Below are positions 1 to 14,535 of a stretch of 64,000 nt of DNA, piece after piece (the first letter of the stretch is position 1; each line of letters starts with the position of its first letter). The position numbers were made by a program, and so were the translations under genes. Below the pieces are notes generated by a model. The model searched no databases, was not told the origin of the DNA, and was given only the letters and a program-made list of their open reading frames with translations. Source of the stretch: the human T2T-CHM13v2.0 reference genome, Homo sapiens; the NCBI RefSeq assembly GCF_009914755.1, contig NC_060930.1. The stretch is one strand, 5' to 3'.

Positions 1-133
1 GCTACTGGGCAGGCTGAAGTGGGAGGATCACCTGAGCCTTGGGGAGGTCGAGGCTGCAGTGAGCTATGATGATCGCACCCATTGCACTCTAGCCTAGGTG
101 ACAGAGCAAGACCTTGTTTCAAAAATAAAATAA
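1..133 (+). mobile_element. Alu right arm (AluJ-like), cut by the window start
   Basis: gaggatcacctgagcc...gaggctgcagtgagctatg...gtgacagagcaagacc followed by an A-rich tail. Confidence 0.9.
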
Positions 134-1508
134 TAGTAAAAATGAGAAACTGAAGCCAGCCCAGAGAAGTTGAGAGAATGATCCATAGTCATCCACAAAA
201 ATGTGTAAGTAAGGGGCAAGACTCACATATTTCTGAGCAGTGAATATTAATGTATTTCTGAACACTTTTTCTCCTTAACTCTTAAAGACATGCTGTGAGC
301 CATCAGTATTTTTCTAGTCATAATTTTTAGGAGCTAAAATCTCAGTGGTGGTAAGGGCCAAAATAAATAAGCACATGAAAGACAAGGAACATGTGAATAT
401 GTGTAATAGGAACAGTCATATGAGCATCCCTCTATAAACCCTTGACTTGGCAAATAACCGAGCTGTTCTGGTTCAATAGCGCCACCTAGCATCCAGACAT
501 AGAACTCTATGACCTAATATTAACCCATTACCTTCTCCCTTCCTAGCGACTTGAAAACTCATGTGTCCAATCCTTTTACCTTGTGTTTTAAATACTTTCC
601 ATGACTAGCACTACATTAGTATTCATTTTCAACACGTTTCCATTACAAATGTAAACACTGGAGCCACAGTAGGGAATTTACTAGACTTTTGTGGGCTGCC
701 TTAAGAATATGGTCACCAACTATTACAAAGGAAAAATATGTAACAAATTCCAAACGAGTGACTTAAATCCTAACTTTGAGGATTTAAGTTCATTTATAAG
801 CTAAGTGCTTTGTTTGGAATATTTATACTTAAATAGTTTTATAAACAATCACAGAGTACACATTTAAATATTATGCTTTTTTTTTTTACTATGCATGAAT
901 GATAAATTAGACCTCCCATTAGAAGGATGGTAGTGTGCTCACTGATTTCATTGACGTTGCAGTTTTCAATTTTGAGGATATTTGCTAGAAAATGATAACA
1001 AATATGTAGAAGAAAACTTTTAAATAGTATGCTACAGAAATAATTCAAATTTTAATCCATCAATAAAAATATCAGCCTGAGTTCTATACTAAATAATAAA
1101 AGCTTGGCCTATTTATAATAAAGAACAGTTATTCTTTAAGGAAAGGACATTGAGTTGGGAGTTAGGAGGAATTTCTAGTTCTTTGTCTGCCATGGGTCTG
1201 CCCATATGACCAGGGGCAAATCCAGTTTTCAAGTGGATGGTCTTTAAGATCTTATTATTCTAATACCAGTGTATCATGTAGAATGTTTTAAGGCTGCTTG
1301 TTCTGTCTTTTGTTACTTAGCACAATTATGGGGTGCTTTTACCCCCTCAAAAATATTCCTAGGCAGTCCCCATTGCCTTAGTAATCCTCAAGTTTAGTTG
1401 TGGGGGTGGTCTCCACCTCTTCGTGTCCTCTAGGACAGGATGAAATCCTAGCTGGAGAGTTCCTCCTTCAGAATGTGTTCTTCCCTGGAGCTGCTGATGC
1501 TCAAGTGA

Positions 1509-2187
<679 letters not shown>

Positions 2188-2812
2188 CTGCCCACCAAGC
2201 CCATCACAGGAGAGACAGGGCTGTCCCTGAGAGAAACTGGACTGGAGGTTCTCTTTGTAACTTCTAGGTGAAAGAAAGAGGAAAAAATTGGAAGGAACAA
2301 ATGAAGGAAATGATTATCCTTGACCTGTTTCACCAGTTACAGCTGATACATTACAAGGAAATCTCATGCCTTTAAGAAACAATATTTCTGTATTACTGAC
2401 TTGGGCAGAGAGGAACGAACAATTATATTCCAGTCAATAGCCTGTTCCAGAAACAATTGCAAGGAATAAGTTAAGTGGAAATATTACTACAGTGACATGC
2501 TAAGGGGCTGGAAGACACACATAATCCAAGTTAATGAGGTTTTTATGCCTGAACTCTTACCAGAAATATTAGGGAGCTAAGACTTTTCACTAAATGAAAC
2601 CCACTGTTGAGACGTTATTGGGGCCAACTACCCTTAACTTATGCTGAATATTGAATTTTGCTGACTGTTATATTCCATGTTATTTAATAGACATAGAATG
2701 ATAATAGAGTTTTTTTAAGTAAGATTCCTAAGATTCAGCTCTTGAAAAACTGTTTTCCATGTGCAGAATTACGTACTTCAGAACACTAAATTAATGAATT
2801 AATAACCTTTGT

Positions 2813-2826
2813 CCAGCAGGTGGCGA
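2813..2826 (+). promoter_or_regulatory. CTCF-like motif CCAGCAGGTGGCGA
   Basis: 13/14 match to CCASYAGRKGGCRS. Confidence 0.45.
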
Positions 2827-3080
2827 TGTCTCTCCATTTTCTCAAGAAAGTGCACTAGGTTCCCTAATAGACTTTGCTCTGCAGACGGGAGTTTACATAA
2901 CGCTTGAACACAGATGTACAATTATGTCCAATTTGAGGCCTAAAAATGAGATTTTTGGATATGAAAAGGATTCCAAGTCCAATTGATTGCAGTAGTTCAA
3001 ACTGCACTTTATGAAAGCCAGTGGAGACTAGGGGAAGAGGGTGGAGTTTTGCAATCAAATAAGTTTATGTGAGTTAAAAG

Positions 3081-3320
3081 TATATACATGTATATCTAAA
3101 TTATATATAAAGTATATGTAATATATAATGTATATATTGTACGTTATATATTATATATAAATTATATGTAATATATAATGTATATATTGTATGTTATATA
3201 TTATATATAAAATATATACATTATATTGTATACATTATATTATATTATAATATATTATATATACATTATATATTATATATATAATGTATATATAATATAT
3301 AATGTATATATTATATAGAT
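3081..3320. repeat. AT-rich (TA)n-type low-complexity tract with an internal ~50-bp duplication
   Basis: Almost pure A/T. Blocks 3113-3161 and 3163-3211 are near identical. Confidence 0.9.
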
Positions 3321-3673
3321 ACACCACTAACTCTGGCTTTAGTTTTAAAAACTAACATTTTAGAAAGCCTGAATTAAACAAATTCTCTCTTTCATTTTTA
3401 ATTTCCATTTTTATTTTCCACTTCTATTGCTTCTGTGCTGCAGCAAAACTCAAAAATATTCTGGAAACTCCCAAGTATACAATGATGGTTAGGAGGAATT
3501 CAGATTAGCTATTTTTAGAAGGCAATTAAGTTGTTTTTAAAAACTCAGTTTTCATTGATGAAAACAGGACTCCAATTTGCTATTGGTTCATTTACCATCG
3601 ATATTCTCTATAAAGATTTTTTTTTCACCAGCCATGTCCCAGGCTCAGATCCTAATAATGTCAGCACTGGATC

Positions 3674-3674
<1 letters not shown>

Positions 3675-3718
<44 letters not shown>
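3675..3718. repeat. (TG)22 microsatellite
   Basis: Direct reading. Confidence 0.95.
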
Positions 3719-3726
<8 letters not shown>

Positions 3727-3839
3727 ACCTACCCATGTTCAAACAACTAGACTCCTTATTATATAGCACTCATACATGATGCAATCATCTTAAGATCACA
3801 AAATCAGTAAGTTTCTAAGTCATAATTACTTGTATAACA

Positions 3840-4035
3840 ATATGCAGTTATAAAACACTTTCATATAGATGATCTCATTTGATTCTTACACAAATCCCCT
3901 GAAGTTGAGGAAGACAATTTTTTTTTCTCATTTTCTAAACAAGGAAACCAAGGCTCAAAGAGGCTGAACAACTTGCTCACAGTCTCGCCAAGTCCTAAGG
4001 GACAGCACTGACATTCACGCTTCTGTCCCCAGGCC
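3840..4035 (-). mobile_element. MIR
   Basis: ctcatttgattcttacac...aaggaaaccaaggctcaaagaggctgaacaacttgctcacagtc. Confidence 0.7.
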
Positions 4036-4167
4036 CATCACAAAACATAAATTTGTGATTCCTCTAAAACTCTTCTTTATATTTAATCATTAATTCAGAA
4101 GTTAGTGAGTACTAAGCATTCATAGTATGTATTGCCATTAAAGGCAAGAGCTTAAAAATAAAATCTA

Positions 4168-4298
4168 GGCTGGGCACTGTGGCTTATACCTGTAACCCCA
4201 GCACCTTGGGAGGCCAAGGCAGGAGGATCACTTGAGCCTAGGAATTCAAGACCAGCCTGAGCAACAGCAAGATCCTGTTTCTACCAAAAAAAAAAAAA
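4168..4298 (+). mobile_element. Free left Alu monomer (FLAM-like)
   Basis: ggctgggcactgtggcttatacctgtaacc...gaccagcctgagcaac followed by an A tail, with no right arm. Confidence 0.85.
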
Positions 4299-4735
4299 TT
4301 AAAATTAAATATATAGTTTATCTCTGTCCAACGTATCTGTCTGTTCACTAAGAAACATGAGTTTAGGAATCATCATAGATGATTGTTTTTAAAAACTCAA
4401 TTATCATTGATGAAAACAGGACTTCAATTTGCTATTGGTTCATTTACCATCGATATTCTCTATAAAGATTTTTTTTTTCAGCAGCCATGTCCCAGGCTCA
4501 GATCCTAATAATGTCAGCACTGGATCTTGTGTGTGTGTTACCTTAACACACACACAAGATGTGTTATCTTAAGCCAGTGTGTTATCTTAAGCCAGTACGA
4601 GGCAATACACACAGAAAAAAATAATTTTGAGAATAGATCTGTTTGACAACACCTGACGTCTTTCCAGTGGGGGTTGCGGGGACGTAGGGAATAGCAGTGC
4701 AAGGTCTTTAAGATAGTGTCTAAAAATCTAAGCTG

Positions 4736-5077
<342 letters not shown>

Positions 5078-8000
5078 TCATTAAAAATGAACACATAATG
5101 TAAACCCCTTTAACTTCTAAACACTTGTGATTTTTTTTAGTGAACATTTTTCTGAGGGGAACTGTATAACCACAGGCTGATAACATCATTCAGTTTACAG
5201 AAACATCACCAATTCACAAGAATTCAGCCTCTAGGCTTGTTTAATTTACTTTATGAAAGCTTAAATTGCAGCATAATATATGTGCGTTTGGCCTATTTCA
5301 ACTATTACTCTTTGTTTTATTGGAAAACATGTTTTACTCTTGCTTACTGATTTGTTCTTGCGTTGGGATCATCTCTCCTCCAGGAGAAAGCATTTCCAAT
5401 TTTATTATGAAAGATTAACAGGAAAATAGAACTTCCTTCACAGACATTGATGTTCTAGGAATAACTTTACAAAAATATTTCTCTTCTCTGAAAACTAATA
5501 TTTAAATAGGTGTAATCTGAAACTACCAGAAAAATTCAACAAACACCTCCAGCAAATAAATAGCTGAGTGTCTGTGATGTCCCTTTCCTGGGGAAGGGCA
5601 GTATAAAGATGAAAATCTTGTCTAGCTGGAAGGCCGTCACTAACAGGGCTGGGGCGCATAACCCTGTGGAGACATTTGTGCCCGGCCTTAAAGGGTGCGT
5701 AGGAGTTTGCCAAGTGGACGTGGAAGGAGGCATTTTAATAAGAGGAAAATAACATGATTGGAAGCGTGGAGGTGAGAAAGCATAGAAGCACTCAGAGTGA
5801 GGAGAGCTGGGGCTTGGGCCAGCCCACGTCAGCCCCTGCCTGCGGACCCAGCCTCTTGGAGCCAGGCTCACTCACCCTGCCTTTCAGACGGCCCTACCAG
5901 AGGCAGGAGAAGGATCCGCAGCCTCAGCTTTCTGTGGCGCATCCTGGCACTGAGTCACTCATACCAATCTCAGCGCCAGTGGCCAAGCCGCTGCTGCCGG
6001 AGGGCCTGTGTCACCCTCCCCCCGTTTCCCTGCCCTCTTCCCATCCTACCACCACCCAAGCTCCCTGGCTTCCTAACAGTGTGGCAGGGATCCTCCCAGG
6101 CCCCCATCCTCCTCCAGCCTGAGTTCTTCCTCCCTGCTGTCTTCCCAGTCTTCCCCACTAAGATCCCACCACCCTTCAGACCCGGGCTCACACCAGCTCC
6201 TGCTGGCCCCATGTGCCTCGCACCGAATACAGGAGGTCGCACACTGCATCCCCAGACACCAAGTACTGCCCTGCTTGACCACCTATGTTCCCCTGGGCCC
6301 ACCAGCATGGACTCTCCTTCTGTTACCAGTCACTGCCTGATCCAGGCCTGAGCTGCCTGTGTCCCCCGACATCATCCTCCTGGCACCATCCTCTGCTCTT
6401 CCTGGCCTTCTTCACTGGGAGCCATCGGGATCATCCCTCCAGATCAAGTTCTTCCAGCCCCACCTCCCTCCCACCCTGTGCACCCAGGGAAATTCATCTC
6501 TTCTGGGTCCCAACCTTGGCCTCGGGAGAGCCCCAGATGCCCCCCTCTGTGTCTACCCCAGTTACTCAGTGTGGTCAGACTTGGGGGTTGTACAGTTTTC
6601 TGTCTCATGATTCATTTCCCCAGGCAAAAAGCTGGCTAATAATATCTGGGTGTGCGGGGGAGGTACCAGTGTGTTTCTGTGTTTGGAGGTGAATTTTTTT
6701 CTACTTTAGAATTTAATCACTTCTACTTTGAGCAGTTTTTAGCTGAGCTGACAGTAATATGCTCTGCATTGAGTATTTGTAGGGGGTGGAATTAGTCACC
6801 ACAAATTTCAATTTTTGGACTTTCCTGATAACGCCACAAAGCTGAAAGGCTTCTAAAGCTTGAGCAAAGATTGGAAACTTGACCCCAGGGGTTGATGGTT
6901 GATCTTTATAAAAACGACCTTGTGGTCAGTTTGTTCTTTTATGCTTAAATTGTCAAGGTCCCTGTCCACCCCGGGAATTAATGTGGTGATGTGGAAAGAG
7001 CACTAGACAAAGGATTTCAAAACTGTCTTTGGGCCCTTGGCTCGTGGCCTTAGCTCTCTGACATTCTTTGCTTATAAAATGTACCCCCTGCCGGGGCGAA
7101 GTACAATCCTTACCCATTTTGCATGACTCAACATTTTATAATGGAAGCTTCTATTTTTGTCTGGCTAAATCTTTTTCAAATAAAAATATTTCTTGGTCTG
7201 TATATTTTTCATGTCTCAGACATTTTTATCAATACATAATGTCCTAGCTTTTCACATCTTGCAAATGGCACAGAATTGTGAAAGAATACAGCAAAAAGCT
7301 AGAAATATACCTGTGTATATAACATTGCTGGGGATTTTTATGTGTGGTTTCTTGTGGGTTCTAGTAAGCACGTTCATTTCATTACCTACAAACGCATAGA
7401 AAAATCCAACATAATCCCACACTGATGAGAAGAAGAGAGGGTTGTTTGTCAGGTGGGGTAGTTTCACTTGACTTGAAGGTCTCACCCCGCCCCTCGTCTT
7501 TACCATAGCATATGCTTCTAGATGCTTCTGCTGCATTGTCAACCAGACTCTACCAGAACTGTTTTTCAAAACATGTGTTCCTAGGATTTTACCTCCCTGC
7601 ATTTTTTGCTATATCTATTAAGTAATGCATGTATATAATTAAAAATCAAATAGTCCTATAAGATGTATAATGAAAACCAGCAGTTTCCTATTCCAACCCT
7701 CCCAAAGATGAAGTCTGATGTTGCAGAGCCAATCACTTTCAGCGCAGCTAGATGTTTCTTCGGATAATCACCGCGCTATCTGTAACTAGTATGCACAGGC
7801 TGCTGTTTCTTGATTTACTGGGGTCATGATCTCATTCTCTTATTCCATTACCTTTACTTCTACTTCCTTGCTCCTCTCCATCTTCCTAAGATGGTCATAC
7901 CCACATTTGAGATGCATGGTCCTGCTGACGTTGCTGTGACTATATACATTTTGTTGGCTGCTGATCTGAGTAGTACATCATGATTTTGTTTCATTTCTTG

Positions 8001-8178
8001 CACAACTTAATTGTTTTTCCTGGAATTATTTATTGCCTTCATTTATTTGCCTAGATTTATTTGTACCTATCAAAAATTTCGTATGTGCCAAAATTTTCGT
8101 ATGTGCCATTAGATCTGCTGCATTCAGTATTACTTTTGGTATTATTTAAATATTAATTACCAGATAAGTATGTCAGTT

Positions 8179-8429
8179 CCATCCCAACCTGCCCTCCCTT
8201 CCCGCAGAGGCCCTCTCCTCTTTCCACCCAGAGCTCTTTAAGCTCCATCGCAGCCTGCCCTCCCTTCCCCCAGAGGCCCTCTCCTCTTTCCACCCAGAGC
8301 TCTTTAAGCTCTATCCCAGCCTGCCCTCCCTTCCCCCAGAGGCCCTCTCCTCTTTCCACCAACAGCTCTTTAAGCTCCATCCCAACCTGCCCTCCCTTCC
8401 CCCAGAGGCCCTCTCCTCTTTCCACCAAG
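8179..8429. repeat. 66-bp minisatellite, ~3.8 copies
   Basis: Units start at 8179, 8245, 8311 and 8377. Consensus is about ccatcccarcctgccctcccttcccccagaggccctctcctctttccacccagagctctttaagct. Confidence 0.95.
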
Positions 8430-8695
8430 AAAGCTCCTGCTCCTAGTATATCTGGGTTCATTACTCTAAACACAGCTTTACTGCAGCTTCCCTTTACTAT
8501 GTTTCTCAGTTGGGTCCAGTTTTCTTAATCTCGGGGATGCTATTTCTTGATTTAATAACTCATTTTACTTCAAGATGTTCCTAAGTTGCCTCCTCATGAA
8601 AGGTGCATGGGAGGGAAATTTTTTTTGAGTCATTGAAGGTCTGAAAAGCTCAGTATTCTACTCTAACTTGATGGCTAGTTTGGTTCTCATATTCA

Positions 8696-8702
<7 letters not shown>

Positions 8703-8752
<50 letters not shown>
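8703..8752. repeat. (TC)25 microsatellite
   Basis: Direct reading. Confidence 0.95.
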
Positions 8753-8754
<2 letters not shown>

Positions 8755-9315
8755 TGGATTGTCTCTTTATTCCTTTTATGAAATTTTACAATATGACTCG
8801 GTATGTGTGCTAAATATTTAGTGGATACTTTCAGGCTTAAAACTCCTGTCTTCTATTTCTGGGAATTCTTAACATTTTGTTTCTTTGATGATTTTACCAC
8901 CATGTTCTGCTTCTTTTCTGGAATGCTTTTAGTGGTCAGATACTTGAACCTCTAGATTCATCCTTTCTATGCGCTTCGCTGTTTTTTCCTCCCTCAATTG
9001 CCATCTTTTGAACATTTTTTCTCTGGAAGAGTTCCTCAATTTGTATTCCAGCCACTCTGTTGAATCTTCTCTTTTTCAGCCTTTCTTTCTTCTTTTTATA
9101 TAACATCTTGTTCTTGTTAGTGAATGGATGCAATATTACCTTAAAAGTCTAAAAATTATAGACATTGGTTTAAGCGTTTTCATTTATTCCCCGCTTTATC
9201 TCTATTTGCTCCAGATTCCTTTGTACTGTTTTGGTTGGTTTGGGCTCTCTTTTTCAGTCTGAAGGCTTTCCTCTGGTGACACTTGTCTGTCTTTCGTTTT
9301 AAGAGTGAGGCACTA

Positions 9316-9645
<330 letters not shown>

Positions 9646-11482
9646 CTAATTGTAAGTGCTGTGCAATGAAGGAGGCTCATTGACCAGTGGACCTCGCTTG
9701 AGGATAATCAAATAGCAATAGAGGTTTTGCTGGAAAAATATTTGTTAGTGATTGTAGTTTTTTTCTCTCTGGAGTTTGTCCAGTTTTCCCACTGAAAAAT
9801 TATCCAAACATCTGCTTTGGGGATGGGAGATGAAGTGTGGTAGGAGAGTGGAGCATGCATGCAACTGGTTGCTGGTGTGGGAACAGGCGCTGAAGGTTCT
9901 CACTGAATGCACCAGTTTCCCCAGTGCTGGGATTTTAGCCCATACCTCTCCTTCCCACTCCTCTGGGTTAGCAAATCGGTATGGAGCCTCTGCCCAAACT
10001 ATCTGGAGACTGATCCTAAGATTGCCTGCCCCTGGCTGTGGAGGGAACTGGGGTCCCAGCTGCTTCATACCTAGACTGCCAGCCTCAGACCCAGCTCTCC
10101 CGTCGGGGACACCCAGTGGTACTCCATCTCTGACTCTCAGCTGGGTGAGCTGACACTCCCGAGCCATGTCCCTTTTCGTCAGCACTTCAGACTCTCTTCG
10201 TCTGCTTTGCCTAATCGGATGCGTGCCTCCAACCGCATTTCATCTTCCAGAAATTGGTGGAGGCCTGTCTTCCACTGATAATCCTTCTCCAGCATTTTAT
10301 CCATCTTTTAATAAAATGCCATCTTTAATAAAATTATCATTCCTTCACTGTCATTTTAGAGAAGTTTTTCAAAGGACAGGCATTGAAGGCATGTAATCAG
10401 CCCACTACATTTAACTGGGAATGTTCTAACTACCTGAACTTTAAGATTCTGCTGCCAGCTTTGTGTTTACCGTTCTTAGCTAGATCTGTCACACACATAT
10501 CTTTTATGCAGTATCTGTGTAGCCATGATGTGAATCAAACTACCGTAGCACTGCCTTCAGCATCTGTATCTTGGGATTATAGTACTGGTAAAATTTCAAA
10601 AGCAAAACTAACAAAAACAAGATCCTTTAACGGTAATTGATTAATTAATCCCTTTTGGGTTTTTACTGGATGACATTACCATGATGAAGCTCCACACTTA
10701 ATACTATGATTTTAAAATTACCTAGAAGACAAATCAGGGCTGTACTGGAGGTTTCTTGTGGGAGGAAATGTAAATTATAAGAACTGATAAAAACAGACTC
10801 CTGTGATCAGAGGCAGAGCGTATGACCATTTAAAGGTATCATTCCACATAACCTGGTGGAAAAGGACATCTTCGTTTCCTGTGCTGTTAGGTGTCAGTTT
10901 GGGGGAAACGTGTTCCCCAGGTTATGCACAGATGGCGGCACAGGCATGGAGTGGGGGAGTGAAGGCCTCGGGGGGTGAGCACAGCCAGTCTGCTCATAGA
11001 CAGAAGGAAAAGCAGCCATCGTGAAGGCTCGTCTGCCGCAGCTGCTCCGGTAGCAGGAGCAGCAGCTCATATAACAAATGTTTCATGACGAATGCAAACA
11101 AAAGCCAGCTCCGAAATTCCAGCCATGTTATGTCCAAGCCAGTTCAAAATCGTATAACCACTCCATTTGAGTTTTTTCCCCTCTCTAAATACATTCCATA
11201 TGAGCCGTGGTGTCAGGGTTGCTGGGATCGCCTGCGTTCACTCAGAAAACTGTTGTTAAAGCCCAGACTGAAGGGAAAGTCAATCAGTGGGAAAACAAAC
11301 TCAAAGAAAACACGGAGGCCCAGGTGTGGGGGAGGGGGTTTTCCCCAGCCAGGCAGGACCCCTGGAATGAGGCTGGAGGCTGGCGAACACTCTTCCAGCA
11401 CAGAAGGAAGAGTGTTCTTGCCTGGGAGCAGGAATGTGTTCAGTGGGGCCCCTGTGCCTGCGGCGGCCTGGCCACAGCCAAG

Positions 11483-11714
11483 CACCGCGACTCAAAGTGT
11501 GGTCCACGGACCGGTGCCAGTCCGCAAGCTGCTTGCTACCAGCCCGTGACGAGATAAGGGCAGAAATTAAGAAGCAGCATTTGGAAGCTTTGATGGGAAT
11601 TTTACGTGGCTGTGGTCATTTTTCTGACAATTTATTTTTATCGTCATTTACAAAAGTGTCAATCTGAAATGGATTAGGTAGGGAAAACAATCCGAGGTTA
11701 TTGGAGAAGCACTG
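11483..11714. mobile_element. hAT-Charlie family non-autonomous DNA transposon remnant
   Basis: Charlie-type ends ctcaaagtgtggtccacggaccggtgcc ... ttggagaagcactg. Confidence 0.6.
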
Positions 11715-12069
11715 CCGTAGATTTTCCTCCCAGCGTGGGCTGCCTGGGTCAGCAAGGTAGAAGGCCAGCCAGTGGGCAAGACCACTCCTAAGGCATCTGG
11801 GGCCTCCGAGGCGCCATGATTCTTCCATAGGGTTTGGCCTTCTTGGCTTCAAAGCTCAAACATGTGCTGCCCCATAGCAATGGCCAGACGCCCAAACCTA
11901 AAGAGAGAGAAACTCTGTCTTCCTAAAACTGGTTCCTTTTTGACCCAAAACCTTTAAAAGTGGCAATTTGCATTTGGATAGCGCTTTTACAGTTAGCAAA
12001 GTACCTTAGACTTACATTGGTTCACTTGTTCACATCTCTGTTAGGTAGTGTTGTGAATCCCCTAACGTT

Positions 12070-12497
12070 ACCCAAGAATTGAGACCCCTTCCCCTGCAAA
12101 ATATGTTGAAGTCCTAATCCCCTATATCTGTGAATGAGACCTTATTTGGAAGTAGAGACTTTGCAGATGTAATCAAGTTAAGATGAGGTCATACTAGATT
12201 AGGGTGGACCCTAAATCCAATGACTTGTGCCCTTAAAAGGAGAGAGAGACTGAGGCTCAAGGATGAAGGCCAGTGAAGATGGAGGCAGAGACTGGAGTGA
12301 TGCTGTCACAAGCCAGGGAGCACCAAGAATTTGCAGCCACCCCTGGAAACTAGAAGAGGAGGAAGGATTCTCCCCTCGAGGGAAACACAACTCTTCCAAC
12401 CCATCAATTCTAGTTTTCAAAACTATGAGAGAATAAACTTCTGTTGTCTTAAGCTACCTGGTTTGTGGCAACTTGTTATCATAGGAAACTAATGCAG
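12070..12497 (+). mobile_element. MaLR solo LTR (MLT1C-like)
   Basis: gaccttatttggaa...ttgcagatgtaatcaagttaagatgaggtcatac...gagagaataaacttctgttg...ggaaactaatgca. Confidence 0.85.
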
Positions 12498-13078
12498 TTA
12501 GAAGTCCTCTTCCTCCCCATTTCCAGGGGAAGACCTGGAGGGTCCGTTCACATTCAAAATCTGCCCACGTTCAAAGCAGCTATGAGGAGCAAACCTTGGA
12601 TTAGGACAAAGAGCCTTCAAAGATGAACACTGTCCTCTGGATTGCCTTTCTTTGTTGTAGAAAGGAATTGGGGGGAAAAAGATGTCTAATATTTGGGGAA
12701 AGCTTTATAAGTGATTTTACAGTGATGCAATGAAATATAGTGAGGCGGTTGGAGTTTTAGTTTGAAGAATGTTAATATATTGGAAAACAGAAAAACAATG
12801 AAAAATCTGACACAATATTTATATTTATATTATACAATATTTTTATGTATTTGTTGTATACACACACACACAATATGCTTAGCAGAACAAACTAGAAGGG
12901 AAAATACCAAGAGAACTGCAGTTGTTAGTTGTGGTGGTTTCTGCATGGTTTTAGTTTCTCCCGTAGACTTTCCTGTGTTCTCTGCCTTTCCTGTAACACA
13001 CGTGCATTACAGAGAGCCACATGTATTAGGGACCATCCCTGTCCAGACACTATGCGCTGTGATATATATACATATTTC

Positions 13079-13361
13079 TTTTTCTTTTCATTTGTTTTTT
13101 GAGATGGAGTTTCACTCTTGTTGCCCAGGGTGGAGTACAGTGACACGATCTTGACTCACCGCAACCTTCGCCTCTCAGGTTCAAGAGATTCTCCTGCCTC
13201 AGCCTCCTGAGTAGCTGGGTTTACAGGCATGCACCACCACGCCCAGCTAATTTTGTGTTTTTAGGAGAGACGGGGTTTCTCCATGTTGGTCAGGCTGGTC
13301 TCAAACTCCCGACCTTAGGTGATCCACCCGCCTCAGCCTCCCAAAGTGCTGGGATTATACA
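13079..13361 (-). mobile_element. AluS (Sp/Sq-like), slightly 5'-truncated, inserted in a MIR
   Basis: gagatggagtttcactcttgttgccc...ccaaagtgctgggatta. Confidence 0.9.
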
Positions 13362-14232
13362 TGTGTATTTCTAATAGTCACAGCGGCACGGCAAGTTAGA
13401 TATTAGCATTGCTATTCTACAAAGGACAAAACACAGCCAGACAGTCTAAGGACCATACTCAGGGTCTCATAGCTGGTGCAAGGCAGAGTCTGTCTGGCTC
13501 CAAACCCTGTGGGCTTCCCACCACGCTTTGTAGCTTTTTCTATTTTTGTGATCAAACAAAAAAAAGGACGACAGTGAGAAGGGCCACAACTGAGCAGCGA
13601 GGAAACTGTCGCTGTGGCCCCTTAAGGGAGGGCTTGCTTGTGCTCTGTCCTCTGTCATTTGCACGAAGTGGAGGAGTCCTCTTTTTTTTGGCAGTTAACT
13701 CTACAGGGGCTTCTTGAAGACAGGGGCCATGACCCGTCACTTCCATCAAAAGTCGTGACTGGCTCTCCTTCTCCCATCCTTCTCTCCTTTCTGACCTCCT
13801 GCCTGGCAGAGTTTTCAGAACAGCATGTAAAACATGGTTACTCACCGAGCGTGTCTGGGACAAATACCTGGACATGCCTACCTGGGTCACTGGGTGGCCT
13901 GTTCCTCCACCACCCCCAGATCTGAAGGCTGGTTAGGCATAAAGATAAAAATTGCCACTGTTCTCTTTTTCATACAGTCCTGAGCTCTTCCAACTCAAAC
14001 AACTCAAACCTTGGCGGTAACAAAGTTAAGTATTTAATAGCTTTTTAAATAAAGTACTGAAACTAGTTTGATTCCATTTGTATATCACAGTGTCACCCTA
14101 GCATTTTAATTTTCACTTGTCTCATTCTTTCTTTCTAGTATTTTGATCTGATTTTTACCTGTATTATTTGTATTTTTTCCTGCAAAATGCCTGTAGATAC
14201 TAGCAGGTAAGCATTGTAAAAATAAAATTGTA

Positions 14233-14535
<303 letters not shown>

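Larger units (their letters stand above)
3531..4538 (+). repeat. Local direct duplication of ~155 bp (3531-3685 and 4383-4538)
   Basis: The copies differ by 4 substitutions and 1 nt of T-run length. Confidence 0.95.

Noticed and set aside
5536-6692. Overlapping ORFs up to 184 aa
   Set aside because: Pro/Gly/Ser-rich products expected from GC-rich DNA on both strands, with no recognisable domain.
8153-8473. 106-aa ORF with a 22-aa repeat
   Set aside because: Artefact of the 66-bp unit being divisible by three.
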